Source of the DNA: a virus
Lineage: Duplodnaviria > Heunggongvirae > Uroviricota > Caudoviricetes
Direction: 5' to 3' (one strand)
Virus record (IMG/VR): IMGVR_UViG_2541047719_000002
Span: 1-43,543 of that record
Length of the DNA stretch: 43,543 bases
Shown here: positions 27,319-37,549 of the stretch, piece after piece
Layout: every line of letters starts with the position of its first letter
How positions within the stretch are numbered: position 1 is the first letter of the stretch
Notes under the pieces: generated by a model
The model's database searches: none
Told to the model about the DNA's origin: nothing
Seen by the model: the letters and a program-made list of their open reading frames with translations, nothing else
Translations under genes and position numbers: made by a program

Positions 27319-28572
27319 ATGGCTAACCAATTAGCAAAAGACCTTGAAATCATGTTCGAAAACTACGTTGAAGGCTTTGAGGCCGCCTGCGTAGTTTCCC
27401 GCAACGCTAAAAAATTCCGTCCCGGTGATACAGCAATGCAGCGAGCAGGTGATGTTCTGTATCGTCCGCAGCATTACCACATGAACATTGAGGAAGGCCT
27501 CGATCTCAGCAGCAAAACGCCAACAGCACTGGTTCAGCGCCTTGTTCCTTCTGTGTTCAAGGAGCCGAAAAACATTCTGTACACTCTGGATGCGCGTGAA
27601 ATGCGTGACCCGGAACATAAAACTGAAGCTGGTCGAGCCGCAGGTATGCGCCTTGCTGCACAGATTGACTCTGACCTGATTTCCATGGTTACGCAGCGTG
27701 CTACTAACGTGATCACGATGGCTGACTCAACCACAGGTACACAGGGCCGTGATTTGTGGAACTGTGCGGCAGGTATTGATGCCACCATGACGGCGATAGG
27801 TGTACCGCAGGGTATCAACCGTCGCTCTTTCTGGAACCCCTTCAACTACAAAGACCTTGCTGGCGAGCTTGGTCACCGTGCCTATGCTCAGGGCGCAACC
27901 CTGACAGCATACGAAAAAGCGCAGATCCCTCCGGTTGCGTCCTTTGATAGCTACAAGACCGATATTTCTGGTCGATTACCGAAAGGAAGCACTGAATCCT
28001 TGACAGTATCAGGCCAACCTGAACACAAGGTTGAAGCGAAAGATTCAAATGGTATGCCAGTTGATAACCGACAGGGGACTATTACGGTATCTGCATCTGG
28101 CTTGCAGGTTGGTGATGCGTTCACCATTGCCGGTGTGAATTCCGTACACCAGATCACAAAAGATACCACCGGGCAACCGCAGGTATTCCGTGTTCTGGCT
28201 GTTAGCGGAACTACCGTAACAATCTCTCCAAAGATTCTCCCTGTTGAAAATGCCGATGTTGCGAGTCGTCCATATGCAAACGTCGATGCCAAACCGGCAG
28301 CATCAGCAGCAATCACCATTCTCAACAAGAACGCAGCACCTGCTAACCTGTTCTGGGCTGATGGTTCTGTTGAGCTGATGTACGGCAAACTGGCGTTCCC
28401 GACTGGTCAGGGTCCACAGGTAATGACAGCAACCACCGAGCAGGGCGCTACGCTGATCATGTCTTACGCCTTCGACCACATCAAAGGCGTAACCACTGCT
28501 CGTTTCACCACTCTGTACGGTTGCTCTGTACTTGTTCCTGAATATACGGGCATCGTTATTGCCGGGCAGTAA
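27319..28572 (+). CDS. Major capsid (coat) protein (P22/Sf6 gp5-like)
   Basis: 417-aa ORF in conserved position, followed by an intrinsic terminator. Confidence 0.9.
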   Translation: MANQLAKDLEIMFENYVEGFEAACVVSRNAKKFRPGDTAMQRAGDVLYRPQHYHMNIEEGLDLSSKTPTALVQRLVPSVFKEPKNILYTLDAREMRDPEHKTEAGRAAGMRLAAQIDSDLISMVTQRATNVITMADSTTGTQGRDLWNCAAGIDATMTAIGVPQGINRRSFWNPFNYKDLAGELGHRAYAQGATLTAYEKAQIPPVASFDSYKTDISGRLPKGSTESLTVSGQPEHKVEAKDSNGMPVDNRQGTITVSASGLQVGDAFTIAGVNSVHQITKDTTGQPQVFRVLAVSGTTVTISPKILPVENADVASRPYANVDAKPAASAAITILNKNAAPANLFWADGSVELMYGKLAFPTGQGPQVMTATTEQGATLIMSYAFDHIKGVTTARFTTLYGCSVLVPEYTGIVIAGQ

Positions 28573-28579
28573 TTTTGGT

Positions 28580-28599
28580 GGGGCTTCGGCCCCATTTTT
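28580..28599 (+). terminator. Rho-independent terminator after coat gene
   Basis: GGGGC-TTCG-GCCCC hairpin followed by ATTTTTA. Confidence 0.6.
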
Positions 28600-28613
28600 A
28601 TTGGGAGAAGACA

Positions 28614-28802
28614 ATGGCACAAACAATGCTCTATAAGCCTGGAAACATGATCACCTGTGGTCAGTTTGCTGTCGATTACATCATTGTTGATGACGAAGAA
28701 GTTAAATCTCACCTGAAAAAAGGTTGGGTAAAAACTCCTGAAGAAACCGCAACGAAGCAAAAAGTGGCTAAGGCGGAAGAAGATGGCGAAAACGAAGGGT
28801 GA
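28614..28802 (+). CDS. Hypothetical small virion-module protein
   Basis: 62-aa ORF from ATG 28614 with GGGAGAAG RBS; the track ORF began upstream inside the terminator. Confidence 0.45.
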   Translation: MAQTMLYKPGNMITCGQFAVDYIIVDDEEVKSHLKKGWVKTPEETATKQKVAKAEEDGENEG

Positions 28803-29244
28803 TCTCGTTCTAAAGGCTTTGCGAAAAGCCGGGCTGTATTCCAATGCCACGTTGACAGATGCTGACCCTCAGGCAATTGAAGATGCCATTAATGATCTCG
28901 AAGACATGATGGCAGCATGGCAGGCGAAAGGTATCGAGCTTGGATATCAGTTTGCTGATACAGAAAACGGCATCATGCCGTTACCTGACGATGATTCAGG
29001 TATCCCTGCATGGGCAAATGATGGCGTCGCTTTGAAGCTCGCTGTGCAGATGTGCATGGATAACGTCATTCAGCCGTCGGATGCTCTCCTTACCGCTGCT
29101 GACAGTGCATATCAGACAATCTGTATCGCTTTAACCAAAATACCACCACTTGAGCGGCGAAATGACATGCCTCGCGGTAGTGGTAACAAAAGCGCGTTTA
29201 CGTGGAATCGGTTTTACATCGAGAAAGATAATCCGAGTACGTGA
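28783..29244 (+). CDS. Head-to-tail adaptor / head completion protein (P22 gp4-like)
   Basis: 153-aa ORF in conserved gene order after coat. Confidence 0.75.
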   Translation: MAKTKGDLVLKALRKAGLYSNATLTDADPQAIEDAINDLEDMMAAWQAKGIELGYQFADTENGIMPLPDDDSGIPAWANDGVALKLAVQMCMDNVIQPSDALLTAADSAYQTICIALTKIPPLERRNDMPRGSGNKSAFTWNRFYIEKDNPST

Positions 29245-29253
29245 GGTGAATAA

Positions 29254-30672
29254 ATGCCGATTCAGCAACTTCCGCTTATGAAAGGTGTCGGCAAAGACTT
29301 TCGAAGCGCCGACTATATCGACTATCTGCCAGTGAATATGCTGGCTACACCCAAAGAAATCCTCAACAGCAGCGGATATCTTCGCTCATTCCCGGGCATT
29401 GCCAAACGTTCCGACGTGAACGGCGTATCGCGGGGCGTCGAGTACAACATGGCGCAGAATGCTGTTTATCGCGTATGTGGTGGCAAGCTGTATAAGGGCG
29501 AAAGTGAAGTCGGTGATGTTGCCGGAAGTGGTCGTGTATCAATGGCGCATGGTCGTACATCTCAGGCTGTAGGCTTTAATGGTCAACTGGTCGAGTATCG
29601 CTATGATGGCACGGTTAAAACCGTCTCAAACTGGCCTACAGACAGCGGATTCACGCAGTATGAGTTAGGTTCGGTTCGCGACATTACGCGCTTGCGTGGG
29701 CGTTATGCGTGGTCAAAAGACGGCACTGATTCATGGTTTATCACTGACCCTGAAGACGAATCACATCCTGACCGATACAGCGCACAATATCGTGCTGAGT
29801 CTCAGCCTGACGGTATTATCGGCATCGGAACATGGCGAGACTTCATCGTCTGCTTTGGTTCATCGACGATTGAATATTTCTCCCTGACTGGTGCAACCAC
29901 CGTTGGTGCTGCTTTGTATGTCGCACAGCCATCACTGATGGTGCAAAAAGGCATCGCCGGGACTTACTGCAAAACGCCGTTTGCTGATTCGTATGCGTTC
30001 ATCAGCAATCCGGCAACAGGTGCGCCGTCTGTGTACATCATCGGTTCCGGTCAGGTATCACCAATCGCCAGCGCGAGCATTGAGAAAATTCTCCGCTCCT
30101 ACACTGCTGATGAACTGGCTGATGGCGTAATGGAATCGCTGCGGTTTGATGCGCATGAGTTGCTGATTATCCATCTTCCGCGTCACGTCCTCGTGTACGA
30201 CGCATCTTCAAGCGCAAATGGTCCGCAATGGTGTGTGTTGAAAACAGGCCTGTATGACGATGTGTACCGCGCTATCGACTTCATTTATGAAGGCAATCAG
30301 ATAACGTGCGGAGATAAGCTGGAGTCCGTGACCGGGAAATTGCAGTTCGATATCAGCAGCCAGTATGGGCTACAGCAAGAACACCTGCTGTTTACTCCGT
30401 TGTTCAAAGCGGATAACGCCAGAGTGTTCGATCTTGAGGTTGAATCGTCAACCGGCGTTGCGCAGTACGCCGACCGCCTGTTCCTCTCTGCAACCACTGA
30501 CGGCATAAATTACGGACGTGAGCAGATGATTGAACAGAATGAACCGTTCGTTTACGACAAACGCGTTTTGTGGAAGCGTGTCGGGCGAATCAGGAAAAAT
30601 GTCGGCTTCAAATTGCGCGTTATCACGAAGTCACCTGTCACTCTGTCTGGCTGCCAGATAAGGATTGAGTAA
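29254..30672 (+). CDS. Tail hub protein (P22 gp10-like)
   Basis: 472-aa ORF, same length and position as P22 gp10. Confidence 0.8.
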   Translation: MPIQQLPLMKGVGKDFRSADYIDYLPVNMLATPKEILNSSGYLRSFPGIAKRSDVNGVSRGVEYNMAQNAVYRVCGGKLYKGESEVGDVAGSGRVSMAHGRTSQAVGFNGQLVEYRYDGTVKTVSNWPTDSGFTQYELGSVRDITRLRGRYAWSKDGTDSWFITDPEDESHPDRYSAQYRAESQPDGIIGIGTWRDFIVCFGSSTIEYFSLTGATTVGAALYVAQPSLMVQKGIAGTYCKTPFADSYAFISNPATGAPSVYIIGSGQVSPIASASIEKILRSYTADELADGVMESLRFDAHELLIIHLPRHVLVYDASSSANGPQWCVLKTGLYDDVYRAIDFIYEGNQITCGDKLESVTGKLQFDISSQYGLQQEHLLFTPLFKADNARVFDLEVESSTGVAQYADRLFLSATTDGINYGREQMIEQNEPFVYDKRVLWKRVGRIRKNVGFKLRVITKSPVTLSGCQIRIE

Positions 30673-31625
30673 TGGCTGATTCGAATCTCAATGAGCCGGT
30701 AATCATTCAGGCTACACGACTCGACACATCAGTCCTTCCACGCAATATCTTCTCGCAGTCGTATCTGTTGTACGTTATCGCACAGGGTGCTGATGTTGGT
30801 AACGTGGCGAACAAGGCCAACGAAGCAGGGAAGGGGGCTTATGATGCACAGGTGAAGAATGATGAGCAGGATGTCACCCTTGCAGACCATGAATCCAGAA
30901 TTGCTGCTGCTGAAGCAACTCTCGTCAATCATGAACATAGAATCGCAGCAGCGGAAAGCACTCTTGCAGATCATGAAACAAGGATTACTGCTGCCGAAAC
31001 AGAGCTGGCTGATCACGAGACGCGAATTGCTGCCAATGAATCTGAGTTAGCAAACCATGATGCGCGAATAACTCAGAATACAACCGATATCGACGCACTT
31101 GATACTAGGCTCACAGCGGCAGAGGGAAGTATTTCGACGCTACAAAGCACAGTTGGTGATCACTCAACAAGAATATCTGCGCTTGAGTATGCCATCACGC
31201 GAAAGAAATCAGAGGTTGTTTACTCAGGGGTATCGGTAACAATTCCGACAGCGCCTACCAACCTTGTTAGCCTGCTGAAAACGCTCACGCCGTCATCCGG
31301 CACGTTGGCACCATTCTTCGACACCGTTAACAACAAGATGGTTGTGTTCAACGAGAACAAAACCTTGTTCTTCAAGCTGTCGATCGTCGGGACGTGGCCC
31401 AGCGGAACAGCCAACAGGTCAATGCAGCTAACCTTTTCCGGCTCTGTTCCTGACACACTGGTAAGCAGCCGCAACTCGGCGACAACAACCGATAACATCC
31501 TGTTAGCTACGTTCTTCAGTGTGGATAAAGACGGCTTTCTTGCCACAAATGGCAGTACGTTAACCATTCAGTCTAATGGTGCGGCGTTTACTGCCACAAC
31601 CATCAAAATCATTGCGGAGCAGTGA
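30672..31625 (+). CDS. Tail needle protein (P22 gp26-like trimeric coiled coil with C-terminal knob)
   Basis: 317-aa ORF; heptad repeats ([14 protein letters not shown] / [14 protein letters not shown] / [14 protein letters not shown]) and beta-rich C-terminal extension. Confidence 0.75.
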   Translation: MADSNLNEPVIIQATRLDTSVLPRNIFSQSYLLYVIAQGADVGNVANKANEAGKGAYDAQVKNDEQDVTLADHESRIAAAEATLVNHEHRIAAAESTLADHETRITAAETELADHETRIAANESELANHDARITQNTTDIDALDTRLTAAEGSISTLQSTVGDHSTRISALEYAITRKKSEVVYSGVSVTIPTAPTNLVSLLKTLTPSSGTLAPFFDTVNNKMVVFNENKTLFFKLSIVGTWPSGTANRSMQLTFSGSVPDTLVSSRNSATTTDNILLATFFSVDKDGFLATNGSTLTIQSNGAAFTATTIKIIAEQ

Positions 31626-32104
31626 TGGAAATAAAGCTCATCGATAATCCGGTGAAGCTTGCAGAATTCCTCAACAACCCGGCAAACACGGGAAATATCG
31701 TAGACAGTGGAGACAAATACTACATCAAGCCTGATGCGGTATACCTCGGCATCTACGAAGGATTAGTGCTGGCTGGCGTTCATGAAGTGCGTAACTTCTG
31801 GCATAGCGTTGTTGAATGCCATGCGGTGTACGACCCCGGATTCCGTGGTGAATATGCACTGCAAGGGCATCGATTATTCTGCAAATGGCTTCTCGAAAAC
31901 TCACCATTCCTTAACAGCATCACTATGGTTCCTGACACCACGAAATACGGACGGGCAATTATCCGTTTGCTTGGCGCTACCCGTGTTGGTCACCTTGATG
32001 ATGCTTATACCAGCAATGGAAAGCCTGTAGGCATCACGATTTATCAGTTACCGCGCTCAAAATACGAGGAGCTAAAGAATGTTAATTTTCCAGATTGCCA
32101 ATAA
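31625..32104 (+). CDS. Virion assembly / ejection-associated protein (P22 gp14 position)
   Basis: 159-aa ORF, ATG overlapping needle gene stop (TGATG); assigned by gene order only. Confidence 0.5.
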   Translation: MEIKLIDNPVKLAEFLNNPANTGNIVDSGDKYYIKPDAVYLGIYEGLVLAGVHEVRNFWHSVVECHAVYDPGFRGEYALQGHRLFCKWLLENSPFLNSITMVPDTTKYGRAIIRLLGATRVGHLDDAYTSNGKPVGITIYQLPRSKYEELKNVNFPDCQ

Positions 32105-32753
32105 GCACCTCAGCAAAGCTGTTTACTGCAAAGGCGGCAGTGATGGCGGTTCAAAAGCCCAGGCACGCGCAACTGAAAAGGGTATCGAATTGCAGCGTGA
32201 AATGTGGCAAACGAACATGCAAAACCTTGCACCGTTCACGCCACTCGCTCAACAGTACGTATCAGAGTTGCAGAATCTTTCCTCTCTTCAGGGGCAAGGT
32301 CAGGCGCTTAACCAGTATTACAACTCCCAGCAGTATAAAGACCTTGCAGGGCAGGTGCGCTATCAGAGTCTGGCAGCAGCAGAGGCAACGGGTGGATTAG
32401 GCTCTACAGCAACAGGAAACCAGTTAGCAGCAATCGCACCTACACTCGGTCAAAACTGGTTGTCAGGTCAGATGAACAACTACAACAATCTGGCAAACAT
32501 TGGCCTTGGTGCCCTTACAGGTCAGGCAAACGCCGGGCAGAACTACGCTAACAACGTCAGCCAATTGTATCAACAGCAGGCGGCAGCATCTGCGGCGAAT
32601 GCTAACCGACCATCAGGATTGCAATCAGCTTTGGGCGGTGCCATGAGCGGTGCTGCATCAGGGGCGATGATTGGCTCTGTGGTGCCAGGAATAGGTACGG
32701 CTGTTGGCGCTATTGGTGGCGGCATTATCGGTGGTCTTGGATCATTGTTTTAA
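32079..32753 (+). CDS. Ejection protein (P22 gp7-like)
   Basis: 224-aa ORF with Gln/Asn/Gly/Ala-rich low-complexity region and hydrophobic Gly-rich C-terminus. Confidence 0.7.
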   Translation: MLIFQIANKHLSKAVYCKGGSDGGSKAQARATEKGIELQREMWQTNMQNLAPFTPLAQQYVSELQNLSSLQGQGQALNQYYNSQQYKDLAGQVRYQSLAAAEATGGLGSTATGNQLAAIAPTLGQNWLSGQMNNYNNLANIGLGALTGQANAGQNYANNVSQLYQQQAAASAANANRPSGLQSALGGAMSGAASGAMIGSVVPGIGTAVGAIGGGIIGGLGSLF

Positions 32754-32762
32754 GGTGGGAAT

Positions 32763-34109
32763 ATGGCTACTTGGCAACAAGGAATCAACTCAGGCGGTTT
32801 TCTTGCTGGTATCGGTGGGCAAAACTCAAATGCGCCAAAGGCAAGTGATGTAAGTGAGGCGTTGGCCTATATTCGCCAGAACAACGAAATGGAGCGTTCA
32901 GGTCGCAATAACATCGGCCTTCAGGCGTTGCAGGGACTTGGTAGTGTCGCTCAAACATATCAAGCTGCAAAGCAACAGGAAGCGGATGCTGCATTCCAAA
33001 AAGAATATGCGGCAGCCATCCAGTCCGGTGATCGACAGCAGGTTCGAGATCTGATGACCAAATATCCTGGTCAATTAGAGAAGATTCAGTCTGGTATGAA
33101 GTGGGCAGACGAAGAACAGCGCAACTCTATCGGCACATTAGCAGCTGGAGCACGCCTTGCGTCATCGTCTCCAGACGCAATGCAATCATGGCTGCAAAAC
33201 AACGCCAAGGAACTGACTCGCGTCGGTGTTGACCCTAATAACGTTGCTCAGATGTATCAGCAGAACCCTTCAGGATTTGGTGAGTTTGTTGATCACCTTG
33301 GAATGGCTGCTCTTGGTCCGATTGACTACTTCAATGTTCAGGACAAGATGGTTGGCCGCCAACTAGAGAAAGGGCGATTGGATGAAAGCATTCGTCAGGC
33401 TGATATGGAGAATGCGAGAGGATGGGCAAATATCCAGAACGCTCAACTAGACAGGGCTCAGCGGGCACAAATGCATAATGATAACGTAGCCCTGAAGTTG
33501 CAGGAATTAGGGATGAAACAACAGGAAAGCGGAAAGATTGACCCAAAACTTGTTCGAGATCTGAATAGTGATATTAATGGGTTCTCAAAGAATTATTCTG
33601 CAATGCGCAGTGCTTCTGACAACCTACAAGCCCTTGGGAAGCGCAACACTCCAGCAGCGCAGTTGGGAATGATTTTCAACTATATGAAATCGCTGGATCC
33701 GCAATCTGTGGTACGCGAAGGTGAGCAAGTGCAGGTAAAACGCACTGATGGAATATTCGGCACACTTGGTAACTATGTTAGCCAATTATCTAACGGCAAG
33801 ATGCTGAATAATGAGCAAGTCCAAGACTTAATCAACACCTCAAAACTGATGGCAAATACTGAAGGCGAAAAGTTTAATCAGCAAATGGATGATTATCTTT
33901 CAACTTATGGAGATTCTCTCCCCAGCGGACTAACTAAGCAATTGCAATCCAGAAAAGCCAAGCTGTATGAAGATATTCAGCAGCCTGCGCAACAACAGAC
34001 ACAACAAGCAACATCTGGCGGTCAAACATTTCGAGAAGGTATGACCGCGAAAAATCCTAAAACTGGTCAGAAAATTATTTACAGGAACGGACAATGGCAA
34101 CCAATGTAG
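32763..34109 (+). CDS. Ejection protein (P22 gp20-like)
   Basis: 448-aa ORF in conserved order. Confidence 0.7.
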   Translation: MATWQQGINSGGFLAGIGGQNSNAPKASDVSEALAYIRQNNEMERSGRNNIGLQALQGLGSVAQTYQAAKQQEADAAFQKEYAAAIQSGDRQQVRDLMTKYPGQLEKIQSGMKWADEEQRNSIGTLAAGARLASSSPDAMQSWLQNNAKELTRVGVDPNNVAQMYQQNPSGFGEFVDHLGMAALGPIDYFNVQDKMVGRQLEKGRLDESIRQADMENARGWANIQNAQLDRAQRAQMHNDNVALKLQELGMKQQESGKIDPKLVRDLNSDINGFSKNYSAMRSASDNLQALGKRNTPAAQLGMIFNYMKSLDPQSVVREGEQVQVKRTDGIFGTLGNYVSQLSNGKMLNNEQVQDLINTSKLMANTEGEKFNQQMDDYLSTYGDSLPSGLTKQLQSRKAKLYEDIQQPAQQQTQQATSGGQTFREGMTAKNPKTGQKIIYRNGQWQPM

Positions 34110-36217
34110 GTTTACCAGAGGGGTTTGTTCTGGATGAACAGCCTGATAACTCACAACTTCCTGATGGCTTTGTGCTTGATTCCCAACCAGAACAGCAGCA
34201 ATCTCCTTTGGTTTCACCAGAGGAAAATTCCAGACAGGAAAATGTTGTTAATAATGCTAACGGTTTCGACCGTTTTATGTATGGCGTTCTCAGTGGATTG
34301 ATGGATGTTGGTAAAGGTGTTGGCCTGTTTCAGGATATGACACCAGAAGAGCAAGCCGCAATTCAGTCTCTACAGCAGAAGTTAGCGGCAAAACCATCAA
34401 CCGCACAAGATGTTGGTGAGTTTGTTGGACAAGCAGCGCCATTTGTTAGTGGTGGTGGGATTATTTCTCAGGTTCCGAAAGGGGCGGCAAGGCTGGCTGC
34501 CGCCGCAGGGCTTGGTGCTGGAGAAGGGGCTATTGTAGCCAATGGAACAAATGGCGATGTTGCTTCCGGCGCTGCTATTGGCGCTGTGGCTGGCCCTGTA
34601 GCCGAGATTGTTGGTCCAGCGCTTGGGAAGATTGCAGGAAAAATTAAAAATAGTGCCGGGGATATTTATCGCTCATCCGTAGGGATGGGGAGTAAATCAT
34701 CTAAAGCAACGTTAAAGAAAGCTGCTGGCGCAATGGATAATAAATTTATTGGCGGGCAACGAGCTATTCAAGGTTTCGCCAATGAAGTTAATCCTGATTT
34801 TAACGCGATAAATGCCATCCGTGAGCTAGAACTGGAAAATTATGCCACTCCAGGAATGATCTCTAATAATCCTGCTGTCAGGGCTCTTGATAATGCAGTG
34901 GCAAGTCTCCCTGGAACAGAGATTAGTGAGGCGCATAAGCGCTTTATTACTGAATTAGGAAGAAAAGCTGATGAAATGATAACTTCATTTGGGGGAAACC
35001 TTGATAAGCAACTGGTTTCTGACAGGCTTGCAGATAATTTTGATAAAACCATTTCATCATTACAAAATCAGTCAGATAACATCTACAACAAAATTGCCGA
35101 AAAGGTTCCAGTAAGAGACCGTATTGAGGCAACCAATACATTGAATTTTTTAGAGGATTTTGCTGATGACATAGGTGGAATTGATGAATTATCTCCAATA
35201 ATGAAGCGGACATTGAACCGACTTGATCCAAACACCTTGCCAACGTATGGGCGTTTAGATCTCGCTAGAAAGCAGGTTGGGCAAGCTATTGGCAAAGGCT
35301 CTGGCCCATTCAAGGATGAAGAAACAGGTGTTCTTAAAAAGTTATATGCAGCTATAACAGATGACCAACAGGCTGTCGCAGAAAAATATGGCGCAGGGGA
35401 GTTATGGACGCTTGGTAAGGAGTTGGTAAAAAAACGAAAATCCATTGAAGATGATGCCGTAACCGTTTTGGGTAGAAAACTTCAGCAATCAGCAATTCCA
35501 AAAGTTGAAAGTGCCGTTGTTAATATGGCAAAAGGAAACGGTGGTGACTTTAGGCAATTAATGAAGTCAATTCCAAAGGATATGCGGCAGGAAGTTGCGC
35601 TCACCTCAATGAATAAAGCATTTACCAGCTATGCTAAATCACCAGGTCAGCAATTAGGGGTTGATGGATTTGTAAAATGGTATAACGGAATGTCACGCAA
35701 TGGGGCCAATATGAAGGCTCTCCGTGATGCTATTGGCACAGATGCATCAAAGCGCCTTGATACGATTTATCAAGCTGCCAAGGCTATGAATAGACTCAAT
35801 ACTGGTAAGCAGTATGCTAGCAGCCTTGTGGATCAGCAAGTTAATAACTTTCTGAAGGAAAAGGGTAGTCTAGCAAAAATTTATGGAATAGCCTCAAAAG
35901 CTGCTGCGGCGGAAGGTGTTACAAGCTTATCTGGTCTTCCTGGTGTAGGTGCAACAGGGGTGATAACGTCCGCATTGATGTCAGGGAAAACAAGCAGGAT
36001 AAAGGCTGCTGATGCTCTACTGTCTTCTCCTGAGTTTAAATCAATGCTATTTCGCCTGCAAAACGCACCAGTAGACAGAGCAGAAGTGAGACGCGCAATA
36101 GAAAGGAAACTGATGCAATCTGGGGCATTTAAGAGATGGGAGAAAACCCTATCAACAGATGAAGCAAAAACCATTGCCCGCACGGGGATTATTACATGGC
36201 TCGCTAGTGACAGTTAG
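34094..36217 (+). CDS. Ejection protein (P22 gp16-like)
   Basis: 707-aa ORF, last gene of the ejection-protein set. Confidence 0.7.
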   Translation: MATNVGLPEGFVLDEQPDNSQLPDGFVLDSQPEQQQSPLVSPEENSRQENVVNNANGFDRFMYGVLSGLMDVGKGVGLFQDMTPEEQAAIQSLQQKLAAKPSTAQDVGEFVGQAAPFVSGGGIISQVPKGAARLAAAAGLGAGEGAIVANGTNGDVASGAAIGAVAGPVAEIVGPALGKIAGKIKNSAGDIYRSSVGMGSKSSKATLKKAAGAMDNKFIGGQRAIQGFANEVNPDFNAINAIRELELENYATPGMISNNPAVRALDNAVASLPGTEISEAHKRFITELGRKADEMITSFGGNLDKQLVSDRLADNFDKTISSLQNQSDNIYNKIAEKVPVRDRIEATNTLNFLEDFADDIGGIDELSPIMKRTLNRLDPNTLPTYGRLDLARKQVGQAIGKGSGPFKDEETGVLKKLYAAITDDQQAVAEKYGAGELWTLGKELVKKRKSIEDDAVTVLGRKLQQSAIPKVESAVVNMAKGNGGDFRQLMKSIPKDMRQEVALTSMNKAFTSYAKSPGQQLGVDGFVKWYNGMSRNGANMKALRDAIGTDASKRLDTIYQAAKAMNRLNTGKQYASSLVDQQVNNFLKEKGSLAKIYGIASKAAAAEGVTSLSGLPGVGATGVITSALMSGKTSRIKAADALLSSPEFKSMLFRLQNAPVDRAEVRRAIERKLMQSGAFKRWEKTLSTDEAKTIARTGIITWLASDS

Positions 36218-36441
36218 TCAACTTTGGTTATTTTGCCTTCTTTTTCTTGATGAACTTTGCATCCATCATCTTTTGATAGCCAAACTAAAAACTTTAAAAC
36301 CTTAAACACAAGTACGGATACTGTAATGAAAGCACCAATTGCAATTATTGCCAGTGAAATTATTTGCATTGGTGCTTTTAATGCAGGGAAAATAGCGTAA
36401 ATGATCGCGAAAACAGTAATTATGAGGAACCATCGCTTCAC
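36214..36441 (-). CDS. Hypothetical two-TM inner-membrane protein (moron; SieA position)
   Basis: 75-aa ORF, GTG start with AAGGAGG RBS; two hydrophobic helices; convergent with gene 16. Confidence 0.5.
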   Translation of the reverse strand: MKRWFLIITVFAIIYAIFPALKAPMQIISLAIIAIGAFITVSVLVFKVLKFLVWLSKDDGCKVHQEKEGKITKVD

Positions 36442-36471
36442 ACCAACCTCCTTAGTTTTTCACAGGATACC

Positions 36472-36837
36472 ATGAAAAAAGTTAACATTGGAAACGTACC
36501 AAAGATGCTCGTTCCGCTCTTTGAGAGCGGTACAATTGTGTTTTGTAGAGACTTTCCAGAATGGCAACGCCTGCATCAAAAACTTGGCGTTGACGTGCAT
36601 GACTCGGACGCCAACGGAGCATCTCATACAATGAGTAGCGAGAATGGTGTTTTGCATGTGATAGGCGTGTTCAATGGCAAACTATCTACCATTGCCCATG
36701 AGTGCGCTCACATGGCATTCGATATCTGCTCAAGGGTCGGTGTTGATGTTGAACCAGGAAGAGCCAACGAGACTTACTGCTACTTAATGAGCAGGCTTGT
36801 TGAGTTCTGCGAGAGACATATCAAAAAGCCGGAGTGA
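36472..36837 (+). CDS. Hypothetical small protein with HExxH zinc-metallopeptidase-like motif
   Basis: 121-aa ORF, ATG start; motif AHECAHMAFD with downstream Glu candidates (VEPGRANE). Confidence 0.55.
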   Translation: MKKVNIGNVPKMLVPLFESGTIVFCRDFPEWQRLHQKLGVDVHDSDANGASHTMSSENGVLHVIGVFNGKLSTIAHECAHMAFDICSRVGVDVEPGRANETYCYLMSRLVEFCERHIKKPE

Positions 36838-36845
36838 CCCGGCTT
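36828..36845. terminator. Candidate bidirectional terminator between convergent moron genes
   Basis: GCCGG-AGTGAC-CCGGC hairpin flanked by A-run on one side and T-rich tract on the other. Confidence 0.45.
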
Positions 36846-36850
36846 GATTA

Positions 36851-37030
36851 TTACTTTTTGCTGTCTGGAGTTCGCTTATCCAATACCCAGCCATGACCTG
36901 GCTTTGTTGTTGGTGGAAGCCTTTCGTTGTCCTTGACGGTGGCAAAATTGTCTTTCTTACCGCCGCGTGGGCCAACTTCTTGGTATATTCCGCCGTTTTT
37001 TCCTGTGTTTTCACCTGGTTTTTTCGCCAT
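36851..37030 (-). CDS. Hypothetical small hydrophilic protein (possibly YjzC-like)
   Basis: 59-aa ORF from ATG 37028-37030 with GAGGT RBS; Gly/Lys/Pro-rich; own promoter-like TTGACT-18-AATATT upstream (37095..37066, minus strand). Confidence 0.45.
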   Translation of the reverse strand: MAKKPGENTGKNGGIYQEVGPRGGKKDNFATVKDNERLPPTTKPGHGWVLDKRTPDSKK

Positions 37031-37117
37031 GATATACCTCAACATACACCCGTTATTGGGCGATTAAATATTGATCTCATTTTATAAGTAGTCAATATGG
37101 CCCAGGTAAATGAAAAA

Positions 37118-37135
37118 ATTAACCAGCCATCAGGC
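37118..37135 (-). terminator. Rho-independent terminator (minus strand)
   Basis: Minus-strand CCAGCC-TGAT-GGCTGG followed by TTAATTTTTT, just downstream of 37141..37323. Confidence 0.45.
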
Positions 37136-37140
37136 TGGTA

Positions 37141-37323
37141 TTAGTCACATTCTATTTCTTTTGTCGAGGTCCATACATAAGGATCTGAGCAAACAACCTC
37201 TCCATTTATCATGACGTCATAGCCCATTAGATATGAGTTACCACCAACAATCTGAGCGGCTATGACGCTAATGCTGGCGGCGCAGGCTGCACCAAAAACG
37301 AAACCAATTAATATATTTTTCAT
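37141..37323 (-). CDS. Hypothetical small exported or membrane-anchored protein
   Basis: 60-aa ORF, ATG start, hydrophobic N-terminus, two Cys in the mature part. Confidence 0.4.
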   Translation of the reverse strand: MKNILIGFVFGAACAASISVIAAQIVGGNSYLMGYDVMINGEVVCSDPYVWTSTKEIECD

Positions 37324-37354
37324 TTTAATTCCAAATAGTTATAGGATGAAAGTT

Positions 37355-37540
37355 ATGACCATAGAAGAACGTCTGAACAACATTGAGTTGAACCAAACCC
37401 TGCTTGACCAGCGACTTTCAGATCTTGAGCTTAAAGATCTAGATGCGCAAATATCAGAAGCAGAAGCCAAACTCTCCAGCTTAAATCACCGTAAGAAGCA
37501 AATCCGCGACAGAATTACTCAGGGACGCGGAAGTTGTTGA
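37355..37540 (+). CDS. Hypothetical small coiled-coil protein
   Basis: 61-aa ORF from ATG 37355 (AGGA RBS at 8-nt spacing); heptad-like Leu pattern. Confidence 0.35.
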   Translation: MTIEERLNNIELNQTLLDQRLSDLELKDLDAQISEAEAKLSSLNHRKKQIRDRITQGRGSC

Positions 37541-37549
37541 AATCCTAGT

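Noticed and set aside
30880-31080. Possible CRISPR-like repeat array
   Set aside because: The repeats are in-frame coding heptads inside the needle gene, imperfect, and have no spacer structure or cas genes.
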